64,000 nt of DNA from Vicugna vicugna. Lineage: Eukaryota. Below, piece by piece: positions 1-13,601 of the stretch. Each line of letters opens with the position of its first letter. Position 1 is the first letter of the stretch. The stretch covers positions 6,362,939-6,426,938 of the forward strand of contig MU058423.1 of assembly GCA_013265495.1 (NCBI GenBank), read 5' to 3'. Under the pieces are notes generated by a model, which was not told the origin of the DNA, searched no databases, and saw only the letters and a program-made list of their open reading frames with translations. A program made the position numbers and the translations under genes.

Positions 1-9
1 AATTTCTTG

Positions 10-150
10 AAGCTTCAGGTATCTCATTGTAAAATGAATATTAATAATATTTTTCTTAAACTTCATGGTACATTTGAAGGAAATAAATGATAATGTTTTC
101 AGTGTCTTTCTCAGACAACACCAGGACATAGACAGTTATTAACCTATTAA
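10..150 (+). mobile_element. MIR SINE 3' fragment
   Basis: 'ctcattgtaaaatgaatattaataata...gaaggaaataaatgataatg' resembles the MIR core and tail; highly diverged. Confidence 0.5.
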
Positions 151-759
151 CTCAAGTTTAGCATTTATTACATATTTTTAAAATTCAACAATATGTTAAA
201 GAAAACACCTCTGGGACACCAGGCTCATGACTGAGCACGACATGTGAGGAACGACAATCTAGATCAAACACACATTGTCCTTTCCCTCAGAGGATTCAGA
301 GTAAGGTATCATTTAAATATTTATGAAAATCATTTTAAAACATGTAACTCCTTTGTGATTCTTCAAAATGTGATGCTTGTTTGCTAACATTAAAATTATG
401 TTTTAATAATGGTCTACGATAAATATAATTGATCATTTTTTTTACCTGATCACTACCTGTTAAATTTATTTTTTAAATTTGACAATTTGATATTTGCTAA
501 TTTTATCAAATATGAATTAATTACTCCACATAATTCAAAATACTGAATGAATAATTTTAATCATTTATTATGAATTATTGACTTGTATCACCTACTCACA
601 TATTTGGCTTATAAACCATCGGCTTATCCATTCATTTCTCAGATAGGCCTTCTTTCCATCTAGCTCTGTTTTCTGTGTCCCTGCTGTTTGCTGGGTTGTT
701 CTTTATCCTGATTACCTGTACATCTTGTTCTAGATCTCCTGGGTACTGCCCTCTAACTA

Positions 760-900
760 AAGATAAAACTTTGTTACCTTCCTGCTTTAAATGCTTTAAC
801 GAATACCTCATACCAACAGAATAAATTCCCGCTCCTTACTGTGGCCCAAAATATTTTATGATTTGACAGTCTCCTATTTTTCAGCCTATGTCTCCCTGCC
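760..900 (+). mobile_element. LINE-2 fragment
   Basis: 'cctgctttaaatgc...agaataaattcccgctccttactgtggccc...tatgatttgac' matches the L2 3' region pattern. Confidence 0.55.
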
Positions 901-909
901 TTTTTTCCT

Positions 910-3443
910 AATGCTACGTAATTCACACACCATAAAAATCACTTTTGAAACGTCCAATTAAGTGGTTTTTGTATATTCCCAGATTGTGCGTTTAATATTT
1001 TACCATCCCCCCTAAACAGTCCCCTGACTTGTTATCACTCATCCTGTTTCTTCTTCACTCCCCAGCCCCTGGCAACCACTAATCTACTTTCTGTCCCTGA
1101 GGAATTATCTAATCTGCACATTTAACATTAATAGGATTATGGGTTTTTTTTAATGTCTGGTTTCTTTTACTTAGAATGTTTCCAAGGTTCATCCTTGTTG
1201 TAGTGTGTGTTAGGATTTCATTCCTTTTATGGCTGAATGATAAGCCATTATTTTGATACACCACATTTTGTTTAACCATTTATCAGCTGATGAACGTTGG
1301 GATTGTTTCAACTTTTGAGGCCATTATAAGTGATGTTGCTATGAATATTCATGTGCAAGTTTTTGTGTGAGCATGTTTTTAATTGTCTTTAGTCAACTTA
1401 GTCCTAGAATTGGAGCTGTTGCTTAACTTTTTGAGACAAACTGTTTCACACAGTGGCTTCATCATTTTATTGCACTCATCACCAGTGCATAAGGGTTCCG
1501 ATTTTTCCACATCCTTGCTAACACTTGTCCTTTAGTTTGTTTGTTTGCTTGTTTGTTTGTTTTCCTAAATTTATAGCTATTGTGTGGGTAGGAAGTGATA
1601 CCCCATCGTGGTTTTGCTTTGCACTTTTCTAATGAATAACGATGTTCAGCACCATTTCATGCGCTTCTTGTATTCCTGTATACCTGCTTTGGAGAAATGT
1701 TTATTTGAATCCATTGACCATTTTTTAATTGGGTTGTTTGTCTTTTAATTGTTGAATTTTAAGTGTTTTTTAATATATTGTAGATACCACACTCTTACGA
1801 GATAAAATGTCAATTTTTCTCTGATTCTGTATGCTATCTTCTCATTTTTATAGGATGTGCTGACAAATGTTTTTAATTTAATGAATTTCAATTTAACTGC
1901 ATTTACATGTAAGTTTTCTTCTAATAGTTTTATAGTATTAAATCTACATTTAAGTCTTTGATCCGCTTTGAGTTAATTTTTGTGTAATGGCATGAGTTAA
2001 GTTTCATAATGAATTTAAATGTTTACATTATTTGCATAATGGCGTAACTGGGATATCCAGTTGTTCCAGAACTACTTATTGAAAAGATTATTCTTTTCCC
2101 ATTGAATGGTCTTGAACTCTTGCCAAAAATTAATTAACCACAGATGTATGAACCCATTACAGGAGAGTCCATATTTCTGGACCCTTAATTCTATTACAGT
2201 GATCTGTATATCTCTCTTTATGCCAGAACCACACTGTCTTGATTACTGTAGATTTGTAGCAAGTTTTGGAATTGGTAAATGTAATTTTTCCAATTCCATT
2301 CTTTTTTTTAAAGATTGTTTTGGTTATTCTGATTCACTTAAATTTCTGCTTCAATTTTAGGATCAGTTTGTCCATCTCTGGAAACAGGTAAGATGGGCTT
2401 TTGGCAGGGACTGAATCTATAGATCAATATGGGGATTAGTGTCACCCTAACAAGACTGTCTTCCCATCCATTAACACGGATGACTTTCTTTTCTAGCATA
2501 AAAATTCGAACACTATCTTATAATTTCCAGTAGTATGTATGTCTAGGATTTCTTTGGTTTAATTTATTTCCAAATATTTTTTGATAATACTACAAGATAA
2601 ATTATTTTCTTAATTTCATTTTTGGATTGTATATTTCTAGTGATAGAAATGCAACTGATTTTTATGTATTGAACTTGTATCCTACAGCTTTGATGAACTC
2701 CTTTATTAGCTCTAATAATTTTTGTGTGTTTGTATCTGTTCTTCAGTATTTGCTCTATAAGATCATGTCATCTGCAAATATAGTTTACTTTTTTCTTTCC
2801 TATCTTTTCTTTCATTTTCTTAACCAATGGTCCTGACAAGAACATCCAGTAAAATATTGTGTAAAGTGATACGAGCAAACATCCTTGTCTTTTTGCTAAT
2901 CTTACGGGGAAAATTCTCAATCTTTCATCATTAAGTATGAGGTTAGCTTGGATTTTCTTTCATGCCGTCTAACATTTTGAGAAAGTTTTCTTCTATTCCT
3001 GGTTTCCTAAGTTGTAGAGTGTTTTCTTTTTTAATCATAAAAGGATGTTGGATTTTGTCAAATGCTTTTTCTGGATCTGTTGAGGTAGCCATGTGTGATT
3101 TTTCTCTCCTTATTCTATTAATATGGTATAGATGACATTGATTGACTTTTATATATTAAACCAGCCTTACTTTCCCAGAAAAAATACCATTTGGATATGG
3201 TGTATAATCTTTTAAAATATGTGTCTGGTTCGGTTTGCCAGTATTTAAAGATTTTTGCATCTATAATCTTAAGAGATATTGGCTTGTTGTTTCCTTGTGA
3301 TGTCATTAGTATCAGAACTCATAAAATACGTTAGAAAGTGTATTCTCTCCTCTTCCATTTAGTGAAAAATTTTGTCAAGATTGATGTTAATTTCCTTTAA
3401 ATGTTTGGTAGAATTCACAGGTGAATTCATCTGGGCCTGGCTG

Positions 3444-3489
<46 letters not shown>

Positions 3490-3720
3490 AATTTAACTCA
3501 CATTTTTCACTTGTTTTAGGTCTATTCATATTTTCTCTTTCATCTTGGGTTAATTTTAGTCTTTGCCTTCCTAGGAATTGGTGCATTTGATCTATGTTGT
3601 TTGCTATGTTGGCATACAATTCATCATAGTATTTCCTCAGTTTTAAGACTATTTCTGTACAGTTGCTAATAATCATCTCTTTCATTGTAGATTTTAATAA
3701 CAGCATTTTTATTTTTTGCT
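910..3720 (-). mobile_element. Old LINE-1 (L1M/L1MB-like): 3'UTR plus decayed ORF2, about 2.8 kb
   Basis: Antisense L1 hallmarks 'cccagcccctggcaaccactaatctactttctgtc', 'ttggagaaatgtttatttgaatcc', 'tgccagaaccacactgtcttgatta'. Minus ORFs 3118-3306 (KPISLKIIDAKIF) and 3488-3727 (YYDELYAN...LTQDERENMNRP) are ORF2 remnants. Confidence 0.92.
3447..3487. repeat. (TG)n microsatellite, about 20 units
   Basis: Uninterrupted tg run seen directly, inside the old L1. Confidence 0.97.
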
Positions 3721-3949
3721 TACACATTACTTCTCCAAAGGCTGCATTCTTGAAATAGCTTCTAGTGTGGGGATAGTAGGCAGAACATACATTCCAATGA
3801 CACGTGAGATGTAGGAGGGGTAAGGAACCTCTGACTTCCTAGGATCAGCTTGCAGGTCAACCAGCAGTCACATCCTCTGTGACTTCCTCCAATAAGACTT
3901 TGGTGACTTACAAAGGATATTTCTAAATACCCAGCAACTGAAAGACAGG

Positions 3950-4050
3950 TATTACTAATCCCACTTTTATAGATGAAGAAATTAAGACTGAGAATGGTTA
4001 GGAAATTTTCTATGGGTTACTGGTTAGTTTTGCAATAGAGACTATTAAAA
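3950..4050 (-). mobile_element. MIR fragment
   Basis: 'cccacttttatagatgaagaaattaagactgagaatggttagg' is the antisense MIR core. Confidence 0.7.
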
Positions 4051-4354
4051 TTCAGTATTGTGTGGGTGCATACATCTGACAATAATGAATATTTGAAAGC
4101 TGGCACAGTACAGATATTGGCTCAGAGAACAGCCCTGTGTATACAGATTGAAAATCAGTTCTCCCAATGTTAACCTAGATAAAATAATTGTAGTTGAATT
4201 CACAAGATGGAAAATTTAACAAAAGATGTATCTTATCTGATCAGTCAAGAGTTAAATGCATACATAAATATACCTACATGTATAGATATATGTCTATAAA
4301 TGTGTATTAATGTATACAAACACATGCAGAATAAATATAGAGCAGTGTGCAAGT

Positions 4355-4460
4355 GTGTGTGTAGTAGAATTATGAATTGTCTTTATTTTCTTCATTGTAT
4401 ATTGTGCACATTTTACAATAAAATGCATTGCTTTATAACAAAAGAAAAAACAATAAACAT
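4355..4460 (+). mobile_element. L1ME-type 3' terminus
   Basis: 'gaattatgaattgtctttattttcttc...ttttacaataaaatgcattgctttataacaaaagaaaaaa' resembles ancient L1ME 3' ends. Confidence 0.55.
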
Positions 4461-5079
4461 AAAACAGTTTCAGTTCTCAAATTTAGGCAAGTAATAGAAA
4501 TAAGATTTTATAAACAAAGAACTGTTTATATGATGGATTATTTCTTAACATTTCATAGGGAAAAGAAAATACATTTAAATTATACATACATTTTATCTTC
4601 TAAGAAATTTCCATTTTAAAATAAAGAAACCAAAACTCCTAAAATAAAAAAAAAGAGAGAGAGATAGAATACCCAGAATCACAGTTAGGCAAAAACCTAG
4701 AAGTTGTCAATTTTCTCACTCAGCTCTAAAACTTAAGTTCTTTCTACTGGTTCATACTAACATTAAAAAATTCAGTACACTGTAATTTTCACCACAGACA
4801 TAAAATAAACATTAGTGCATCGTCCTAATGTGACTTTTCCTTTATATTGTCTAGTAAGCAAGTTAACATAAGGGACTTAAAAGTATTTAAGACCTATAGG
4901 GTCAAAAATGAGACTTCAAGGTCAGGTTTAAAGAAAGTTTTACCAGAGATCATAAATGAATGAATTTTCCTACAATAATATGGTAGAAAGAACATATGCT
5001 TTAGATCCAGACAATCTCAGGTTTCATAAATGTAGTGTTAATCCATTATTTTAAAATAAACCCACATGAATAATCATAA

Positions 5080-6320
5080 CCCATCTTCTGTCATCTATGT
5101 TAAGAAGTCAGTTGTTAATCTTTAAATTCAGTATGCCTTTATTTATACATGCTTTTAAGATTTTCTCTGTCTTTTGTTTTCAGACTTTTACTATTAGGTG
5201 AGTAGATTTGTTTGTTTTTGTTTTTGGTTTGGTTTCATATTTGTTCTACATGAGATTCATAGAGTTTCTCAAACTTGTGACTGGATGCTATTAGTTTTAA
5301 AAATATCTCCACCTTTATCAATTCAAATATTGGTTCTTCTCTATTTAGTCTTCCCTCTCCTTGGACTCCAATTACGGAATCTTTTTTTTTTTCTTTTCAG
5401 CATGTTCCTAATATACCTTATTCTTTTGTGATTTTTCATCATTTTATCTCTGTTTCAGTCATGCATTTTTCTTCTGACTTATATAACAGTTGAACAATTT
5501 TTCTTTCAGGTATCACTCATCTTTTGTAAAACCCTTTATCTAATTTTTAATTTCAGTTATTGTATTTATTAACCTTATTATTTGCATATAATTCTCTTTT
5601 AATATTTCCTAGTTATCTACAATTTTTTCTCCTTACCATTAACCACATTCTAGAGGTCATTTTCTGATTACTCTAATGTCTAAATCTACTGTAGGTCTGT
5701 TTCCACTGTTTCTTTTTCTTTCTATTGATACATGGTCAGTCCTAGCTTTCTTGTGTGCCTCATTACTATTATTTTTTAAGTTGAATAATGAACATTATAG
5801 TTGAAATAGTGTATATAAAATTTGTATCTCTAGGTGAAGTTACTTCCTCCTAAAGTGTTTATCTTTTCTTCCGTAAGACAGATAGTCTTGAATTGGATAA
5901 TATTAATTCAATCAGGGACTGAACAATTTCAAAGTGTTGCCTACTTACTCCTAGGATGTTGCTTTCAGGATCCTTTCCAAAGGCCTGGAGTTTTTGTTTT
6001 TGTTTTTTTCATCAGGGCATCTCCTTCTTGTCAAATCCTAAATTCCAACTTTTGCCCACTCAGCCCAGTTAAACTGTTAAGTTCTTTTTAACTCTTCAGC
6101 TTTCAGCTGTATTATCAAATGGCAAACTCCACAGCTGAAAAATGGGGTCAAATCTCAGGCTCAGCCCCTGGGTTTTCCTTCTCTTAGAGGTTTGGACCCA
6201 CAGGTTCTTACAGTAGATTGACAAAGCTTTCAAGCAGGTTTTGCAAAATATTTTTCTTGGTGGTTCTCAGTGAAACATTTGCTTGAGAGAAATTATTCTG
6301 ACATTGCTGGAAGCTGTTTT
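5080..6320 (-). mobile_element. Ancient L1 (L1ME/HAL1-like) 5'/ORF1 region
   Basis: T-rich antisense ORF1-like text: 'aagaagtcagttgttaatct', 'gcttttaagattttctctgtcttttgttttcag', 'ttttaatttcagttattgtattt'. Confidence 0.65.
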
Positions 6321-7591
6321 TTTGTTGTTGTTGTATTTGAATATATAGAAGAGATACACCTTTATTCATCAACTTATGTATTGGGACTTCCCATAAGTAT
6401 ATAACCTTTCTAAAGTCATTTGAGTTTATTATCCTTGAAAGAGCAAAATCATTAAATTAAATATGTTTGACACTGAAACAGAGCTTTCTGAAATAGCTCT
6501 ACAAGAGCTAATCTTGGGGGTAAGAAGAAAACAGAAGCACTACAATGGCGAAGTGATGATTTGAAGGTTTCTTCTTAGTGAAAAATGGCTTCTATAGGCT
6601 CGTATACCAGGCATTTTCATGGTAAGGACATGGGAGGTAACACATTTCTTAGTGTGGAGTAAAACCTGGGGCAGGTCACCAGCATACAAAGAATGAATCA
6701 GACATGGGGATCAGAAAGTCTCAAGCCACGTGTCAGATATGATTCTAAAAACTGTAAGTAACCAGGAATCTGCTTGATGAGCAGAGAAGTTGAATATTCT
6801 AGGCAACAGTTTGAGTTGAAAGTCAAGTGGGCTGTAGCAGAAAGAAGAATTCTTCTGGGAAGAGGGTAGGAGGAATAGACACCAAGCATTGTAAATAAGG
6901 CTCAAATAAGCTAGGTCAAGTGCAGGGAATTTATTTAGGATTGAATGTTTAGGTAGGGAACATCAGTGGTTCTAACAAAGACAATTTAATTGTTGTGGGA
7001 AAAAGTGAAATAATTTAATCTAACATTGACAGCCAGTGTTTAAAAAATAAAATAAAATATAATAAAAACCATAGAAAGTAGCTTCCCCTGGCCTGAAGCA
7101 AAAAAAAAAGTGGGAAAATGTGCAAATCTGAAGCATTAGGAAACCATGTTGAGATAAAGAAGTCATTGTTTGACCAAGAACCTGCAGACAAAGGGCAGAG
7201 ATAGAGACCAAGAATCCAACATCAAGATTCCAGGATGACAGGAACTGATTTATCTTACAATAGGTTTTAGCTTCTCTCCCTACATCTTGACTATCTTGTA
7301 AAATTTTAAACTCTGTAACATTGTCATGTTCAGATCACTTTCTCATTAAAATGCTTTCAGTAAACTTTACTGACTACAAAGATTCCTATGTCTACAACCT
7401 ACCTTGCACTATAGATGACTGTCTATTCCCCTTACAGAAGGAATTGACTCTGTCTTGCTCATTTCTACCTACCTACATCTTCTTTCACCACTGGATACAG
7501 AGGAAGTGCTCAAGGGTTGTTTATTGATAAGAAATCTAGCAATTGCATATCAATTAACCTGTGTGCAGCCTTAGGCAGGTTTCTAATCCAA

Positions 7592-8085
7592 TGTTAACCA
7601 AAATTTTTAGAAATGAAGACATGATTTAGACAAAGAGGTGTTTATTTGGGGTTTGTTATGGCTGCAGCTCAGGTAACAGATTTGAGAAGCGTGTGAATTG
7701 TTCGTCTGGACTACAAGATGGAGAAAACTTATGAAGTCAAAAACTGCAGTTAGTTATGTAAGTTGTTTATCAAGAATTATGACTGGAGCTGGCAAGAAGT
7801 AAGGGTGCTTGTTAGGCAAGGATTGATTGGGGTTTGAAATAGCTATGTGGTTGCAAGGGGGAAAACTTGAGGCCACAAGTTTGCAGCTAGCAGATATTCT
7901 TAAAACAAACAAACAAACAAAAAAACTGGTGGTGTTTTGGGGAGGTCGTGGTTCGGTACAGTTCAGAAAGTTCAAATTCTCAGTGGTGTAGAAACATATC
8001 AGAGACCAGATCCTCAAAGGCTGCCCCATTCCATTTTGTGTGCCTGAACTATTGATTGCTCCATGATGATTTCAATCTGTCATCA
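7592..8085 (-). mobile_element. ERV1-class solo LTR (494 bp)
   Basis: TG...CA termini flanked by a perfect 4-bp TSD CCAA (7588-7591 and 8086-8089). Minus-strand AATAAA (tttatt at 7641-7646) lies near the LTR 3' end. Confidence 0.8.
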
Positions 8086-9779
8086 CCAAGATAGGACGAG
8101 AGAAGTAGGACAGATCAGATTATTACTCCAAACAGAAAATAATTAAATGCAGCAATAAATTGTGAGCTTCCGATGAAGAGAGACACTGTTATATGTACAC
8201 TCTTGTCCAAAGAATGATTCTCTTCTATTGAAGGAAATTCTTCTTTATCCCACCGAGTAATCCAGACCATGCAAATGAACACTGGCAATCAATGGGCAAC
8301 AGATGTTGCAACCAGATGGCTAATAACTTGGAAGTTGTTAGCTTGTACGCAGGTGGTTATATTTCTTTAAAAGTGTTCTATAGTCAGCCTCTTTTTTTTT
8401 TCGTTCTATTCAGTATTGAGTGGGCAAAGAGTTTATGCTATTTTTAAAATTAAGCGTGTACTTTAATGAAAAATAAAGATTTAAATGATTGGATTTCTGA
8501 TACTCTGGTGCAATTGAAGCAACTTAGTCCAAGTCTTCAAATCTTAAACAGTATTGCTGACCTTGCAAACACCAAACGTAGTAAGAAATAGTAAATACTG
8601 ATTACTGAGTATCTCAGTAAAACATTTTTATTTGATACATTCTCTGATACAGGAAGCAGGAAGAAATTTAAATGTAAAATGGACAGATAAATCTAAAAAT
8701 TAAAATTTCAAGGTTGCTAGATAGAAAGGGAGGTCACAGTGATACTGAGTATGGATGCTCAATATAAACCCTCAAAGTTACTTTCCCAAAGTGTCTTTTA
8801 CGTTCCCTACATGTCTTTCCCATAAGACACAGAAAAGTAATTCTTCAAGAACTCTGAGTGCAATTCAACCAACATAACATTATCAGTAGAGCAGAAACAA
8901 CAGTAGATAGCAGTTGGTCTCTCATTCTGAAGGAACAGTAGGCTGAACCCAAGGCTAAGAGGGAAAGCAGGGCTGCGGGCCCCAGCTATGGACTTTTTGT
9001 GACTTTTTCTGAAGTAACTGTCACCCACACAGGGTAATATCATCCATATTTTGAACATGTGCAGTAACACCTTAAACAATGGCGTCTTTGAATAAATTGT
9101 TGGTGTATCAGTCTGTAAAGTGATCTATATGGAGTTTTATAGAAATTTGGTCTTCAAAGAGACCATTATATTATCACAAAGGATTATGAATTTAATACTT
9201 TCCAAAGGGTAGCAGGCTTATTTTAATTGTTTTATTTGGTCCAGAGCCTCAGCTTTTCTCCTGTAATAGAAAAGGAATAATACAACAGCATATTGGAAGA
9301 GCAGTGGCCTTCAAATTAAGATTCCAGGCAAGATTCTACAATTATCAACCAGGTATTATAATTCCCATTTTCTGAGTGAGGAAAAAAGGATTCCACTATT
9401 CTTTCCTGAAAAACAATTTTTTTAAAATGGGAGTGGGGTAGGTGGGGACAAGATGGTATTTGAATTTCTGATTATTTTAGATTGCCTTATATTTATTGCT
9501 TACATATTTTCGAGGTACAGAAACAAGGATACTGCACACTCTAGATTTCTCATCTACCAATTCAAATCAGCTATTCTTGCCAAGATCACAAACAAGCACT
9601 TTACTACTAAACCAGATTGATTCATTTAGTCCTTATCTTACATGGCCTTGTGTTTTCATCACTTTTAGTTCCTTACTAATTTTTTTCAAAAAAATAGTCT
9701 CTTGGTAAAGTTTTTCTGGGGTCTCACACTCTGGGTTTTCTTCCTTTCCCCACTAACTGCTTCTTCTTAGGCAGGGCTG

Positions 9780-11130
9780 CTGTGTGGTTGTCAAGATGCA
9801 CCTCACTGAGAAGTTAAAATTTGCGCAAAGCCATCAACAAGGTAAGGATGCTGGCTAAGCAGGTAACTATAGGGAGAAGAATCCAGGAATTAGAAACAAT
9901 TAGAGCAAAGTCTTTAAGATAGAAGCATACCTGTATTTTCAAAGAATAGAAAATATATAAATGTTGCTGAAGTGAAGTGAAGGAGGGGAAGAGCTATAGG
10001 CAATGAAGGCAGAAAGGTCCTAAGGTTTTCACATTATGTGGAGTTCTGATTGCTTTGTAGGGCCTTTGACTTCACTTTTAGCGAAATAAGAAACCATAGA
10101 AGACTTCTGATGAGGGGGGGTTACATGACTCAGTTACTTTTTTTTTTAAAGGTTCACTTTGGCTTTCTTTTAAAAAGATTTTACAGGGGCCGAGTAAAAG
10201 GGAGGAATCCAGCTGGGATGCAATGCAACAATGCAGATGAGAGAAGAAAATCTTTCTACCACACATGTAGCATTGGAGATGAGAAATAACAGGATTCTGG
10301 AAATATTTTGAAGGTAGAAATAACAAGATTTGCTAATGACTTGGATATGATATATGGGAGCCATAGAGACTTAATAATGACTTTAGCTTTTTCGGTCTGG
10401 GCCACTGGGAAATTGAATTGAAATCAACTGAGATGAAGAATGCTGTAAATAAAGTGGACTAAAGTGGTAGTGAGTGGCTAGGGGAAGGGACAGATTAGGA
10501 ATTATATTTTGAATTAAAATGGCTATTAAAAGTCCACGTGGAGACATTGAGGAGGCAGCTGAACAGGTATCTAGAGTTCAGACAATAAGTTTGGACTGGA
10601 GATATGAATTGGTAATAATTAGCAATATAAATGAGACTTAAAGCCATGAACTTGGATGAAGTAATAAGGAATGTGCATATAAATTGAGAAAAGAACAGAG
10701 CCTGGAGCATTAGGAGGTGGAAAAGAGAAGAAACCAATCAAGGAGATGAGAAAGAGTAGTCAGTGAGACAGGAGAAAATAAAATGAACGTTGAGTTCCTG
10801 AAACGCAAATGAAGAAACATTATTGAAAGTGAAGAAATAATCAGCTGTGTCAAGTGCTGCTGATTGGCCAGGCAAAGTGAAGACTGAGGCTTGACCATTT
10901 AATTTAGCAACTTGCTATCAATTACATTGATGATCATAGTTTCCATAACATTATGTCATGAAAGTTTGATTTGATAGTTTAAGGTAGAACAGGAGAGGGA
11001 GGAGAAGAACTGGGGACAGAAGGCACAGATAATTCATTTCAGGAATTGTGATGCAAAAGGGGACAGTGAAAAGTGATAGCTGATTAAAGAACTGGTGTTT
11101 AGAATTTCACTGTTTGTTTACAACGTGAGA
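9780..11130 (-). mobile_element. LINE-2 (L2a-like), about 1.35 kb, with RT remnant
   Basis: Purine-rich antisense L2. The minus strand near 10850-10900 reads 'atggtcaagcctcagtc...cagcagcacttgacacagctga', like the L2 RT (D)LSAAFDT region. Confidence 0.85.
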
Positions 11131-11179
11131 GATAACAAGTATAACACAATCCTGTCATATTAATTCCCAAGCTTCTCCC

Positions 11180-11725
11180 ACCCCCATTCTTTTGTCCTCA
11201 CCTACCTCCTCACCAATTCATAGATCCTATCGGGTACAAAACCCTCCTGTTTCTACCTCCTTAATATAATGCAAATGAAGTAACTTCTTTCAAACTCCCT
11301 CATCCTCTACCCCCAGGATTACTCTAACACTATGAATTTAATCCCTCCGACTCGACACCGCCCAGTTTTGCCTTCCTTCCATTCGATCTTCGAAACACTT
11401 CTGAGTACATTTTTATTGCAGTGCAGATCTGAGTATGTTATTCTCTTGTTTTAGATACTCTGAAGACTGTTTATCATCTGCAAGATAGGTACAAGATTTT
11501 ATCTTTCTCTAAGAAAAATAAAATTATGTTACATCTTGCTTAAAAGCCTCCAGTGACTATTTATCATCTGCTTGATAAAATCTAGTCCCTATAAATCAGT
11601 ATGGCCCCTGTATCCTTCAATTTACCCTCTACTAATTCCTTTAAGCAACTGGAGGGCAGGAATCTCTCTGCTTGTTCAGGATGGTATCTTCAGAATAGCA
11701 AACAATATCTGGTTGGAATTAATTA
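11180..11725 (+). mobile_element. LINE-2 fragments
   Basis: 'cctgtttctacctccttaatat', 'cttgcttaaaagcctccagtgac', 'taagcaactggagggcaggaatctctctgcttgttca'. Confidence 0.65.
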
Positions 11726-12810
11726 ATTTAAAAATGGATAACTGGTTATCTTGATGAAGATGAATGAACGCCATCTCCTTGCGTTTTACCATGCCCGGCG
11801 CATGGCGAGGACACAGCTGTGGCTGACTTGTGAAGTGGAAAGGACTCTCTCACATGCCTGTGTTCTTCAGGTTTCTGTTTGAATACAAAAAGGACTAACG
11901 GCATGAGTTATTTTTTCTCTTTCTATTTCCCATCTCTAATAACCCCATGCACACTGAGGAATTATCTTTGTGTTCACTTTTACTGGATGTATGATCTAAA
12001 TTGGTCAGCAGAAAATTGTGTAAGCAAACAATGGAAATGAGTCGTAGGGTCTTTGCCTCCTATGCCCTTGGCTATAAGTATGAATATGTGCTGCTTCTGT
12101 CTCTTATACACGCTGAAGGCAAGATCAGGCCTATTGGCTTTAAACCTTTGAAATCATGTCAAGAGTTAAGTAATCTGCACAATGAGAATCAGAACTGAGA
12201 TTCACCTCAGTTTCATACTCTATTAAACAGTGTATAGTAGCACCAAACTCCATCATCTTCATTTTTTAATCAACTCCATATTTTACTGTGTGCAAAGTTT
12301 TATATCGTATGATATTGCAAATGAATGTCATTATTAAGGAAAGGACAATTAGGAAGAAAGAAGCAAGTGTTGCCGTCACACTTAATGCCTAAAAAGTTAC
12401 AGATCTGCTGGTGAGAAGGGGGCCTGGGGCTCAAACACTGTGTGTCTGCAGTAGCCGTCTGCTTCCACAACTGATTCAGGGAGGTAAGATGGTAGATTTA
12501 AAAAATTGGCTGTCATTCTTTACTTAACATATGTACCTTATCACTTTACAAAATATGTTTACATAGTCACACAGCAATCTAAAAACCAGAACTGGCTTTA
12601 TTCTTCTCAAATAATATAACCTTTGTCAGGAGACACTTACAAAAACTTCTCAATAAATGTCAAATTTCAGGTCCCTGAGAATAGAAATGTAAATTACCAC
12701 AATATTATATTAAGAAAGATTGTAAATGGCACTTTATAATAATATTCTCAGTAGCCAATTGTGAAAAATCAATCCCACAAAAGAAATGCAAAACCTTTCT
12801 TGTATGACTT

Positions 12811-13601
12811 AATAATAAACGCCAGAGAGGCTGTGGAGAAAAGGGAACCCTCCTACACTGTTGATTGAAATGTAAACTGGTACAGCCACTATGGAGGACA
12901 GTATGGAGGTTCCTTAAAAAACTAAAAATAGACTTGCCATATGACCCAGGAATCCTACTCCTGGGCATATATCAGGAGAAAACTACAATTCAAAAAGACA
13001 CATGCACCCCAATGTACATGGCAGCACTATTTTCAATAGCCAAGACATGGAAATAACCCAAATGTCCATTGACAGATGAATGGATTAAGAAGATGTGGAA
13101 TATATATATATATATATATTCACAATGGAATATTATTCAGCCATAAAAAGAATGAAATAATGCCATTTGAACCAACATGGATGGACCTAGAGATTATCTT
13201 ACTAAGTGAAGTAAGTCAGACAGAGAAAGACAAATATCAAATGATATCATTTATATGTGGAATCTAAAAAAAGATACAGATTCTGTTTACAAACCAGAAA
13301 TGACTCACAGATATAGAAAAGAAGCTGCGGTTACCAAAGGGAAAGGGGTGGAGAGGAATAAATTAGGAGTTTGGTGTTAACAGGTACACACTACTATATA
13401 TAAAATAGGTAAACAACAAGGGCCTACTGCATAGCCCAGGGAACTATATTCAACTTCTTGTAATAAGGTATAATGGAAGAGAATCTGAAAACATATGTAT
13501 ATATACATATGCTATATGTATAACTGAATCACTTTGCTGTACACCTGAAACTGACATTGTAAATCAACTACTTTTCAATAAAAAAAATAAAATTAAAAAA
13601 A
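12811..13601 (+). mobile_element. Younger 5'-truncated LINE-1 (cetartiodactyl-type 3' end)
   Basis: ORF2 C-terminus ([48 protein letters not shown]), 3'UTR 'tgtataactgaatcactttgctgtacacctgaaact', AATAAA and an A-rich tail. Confidence 0.95.
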
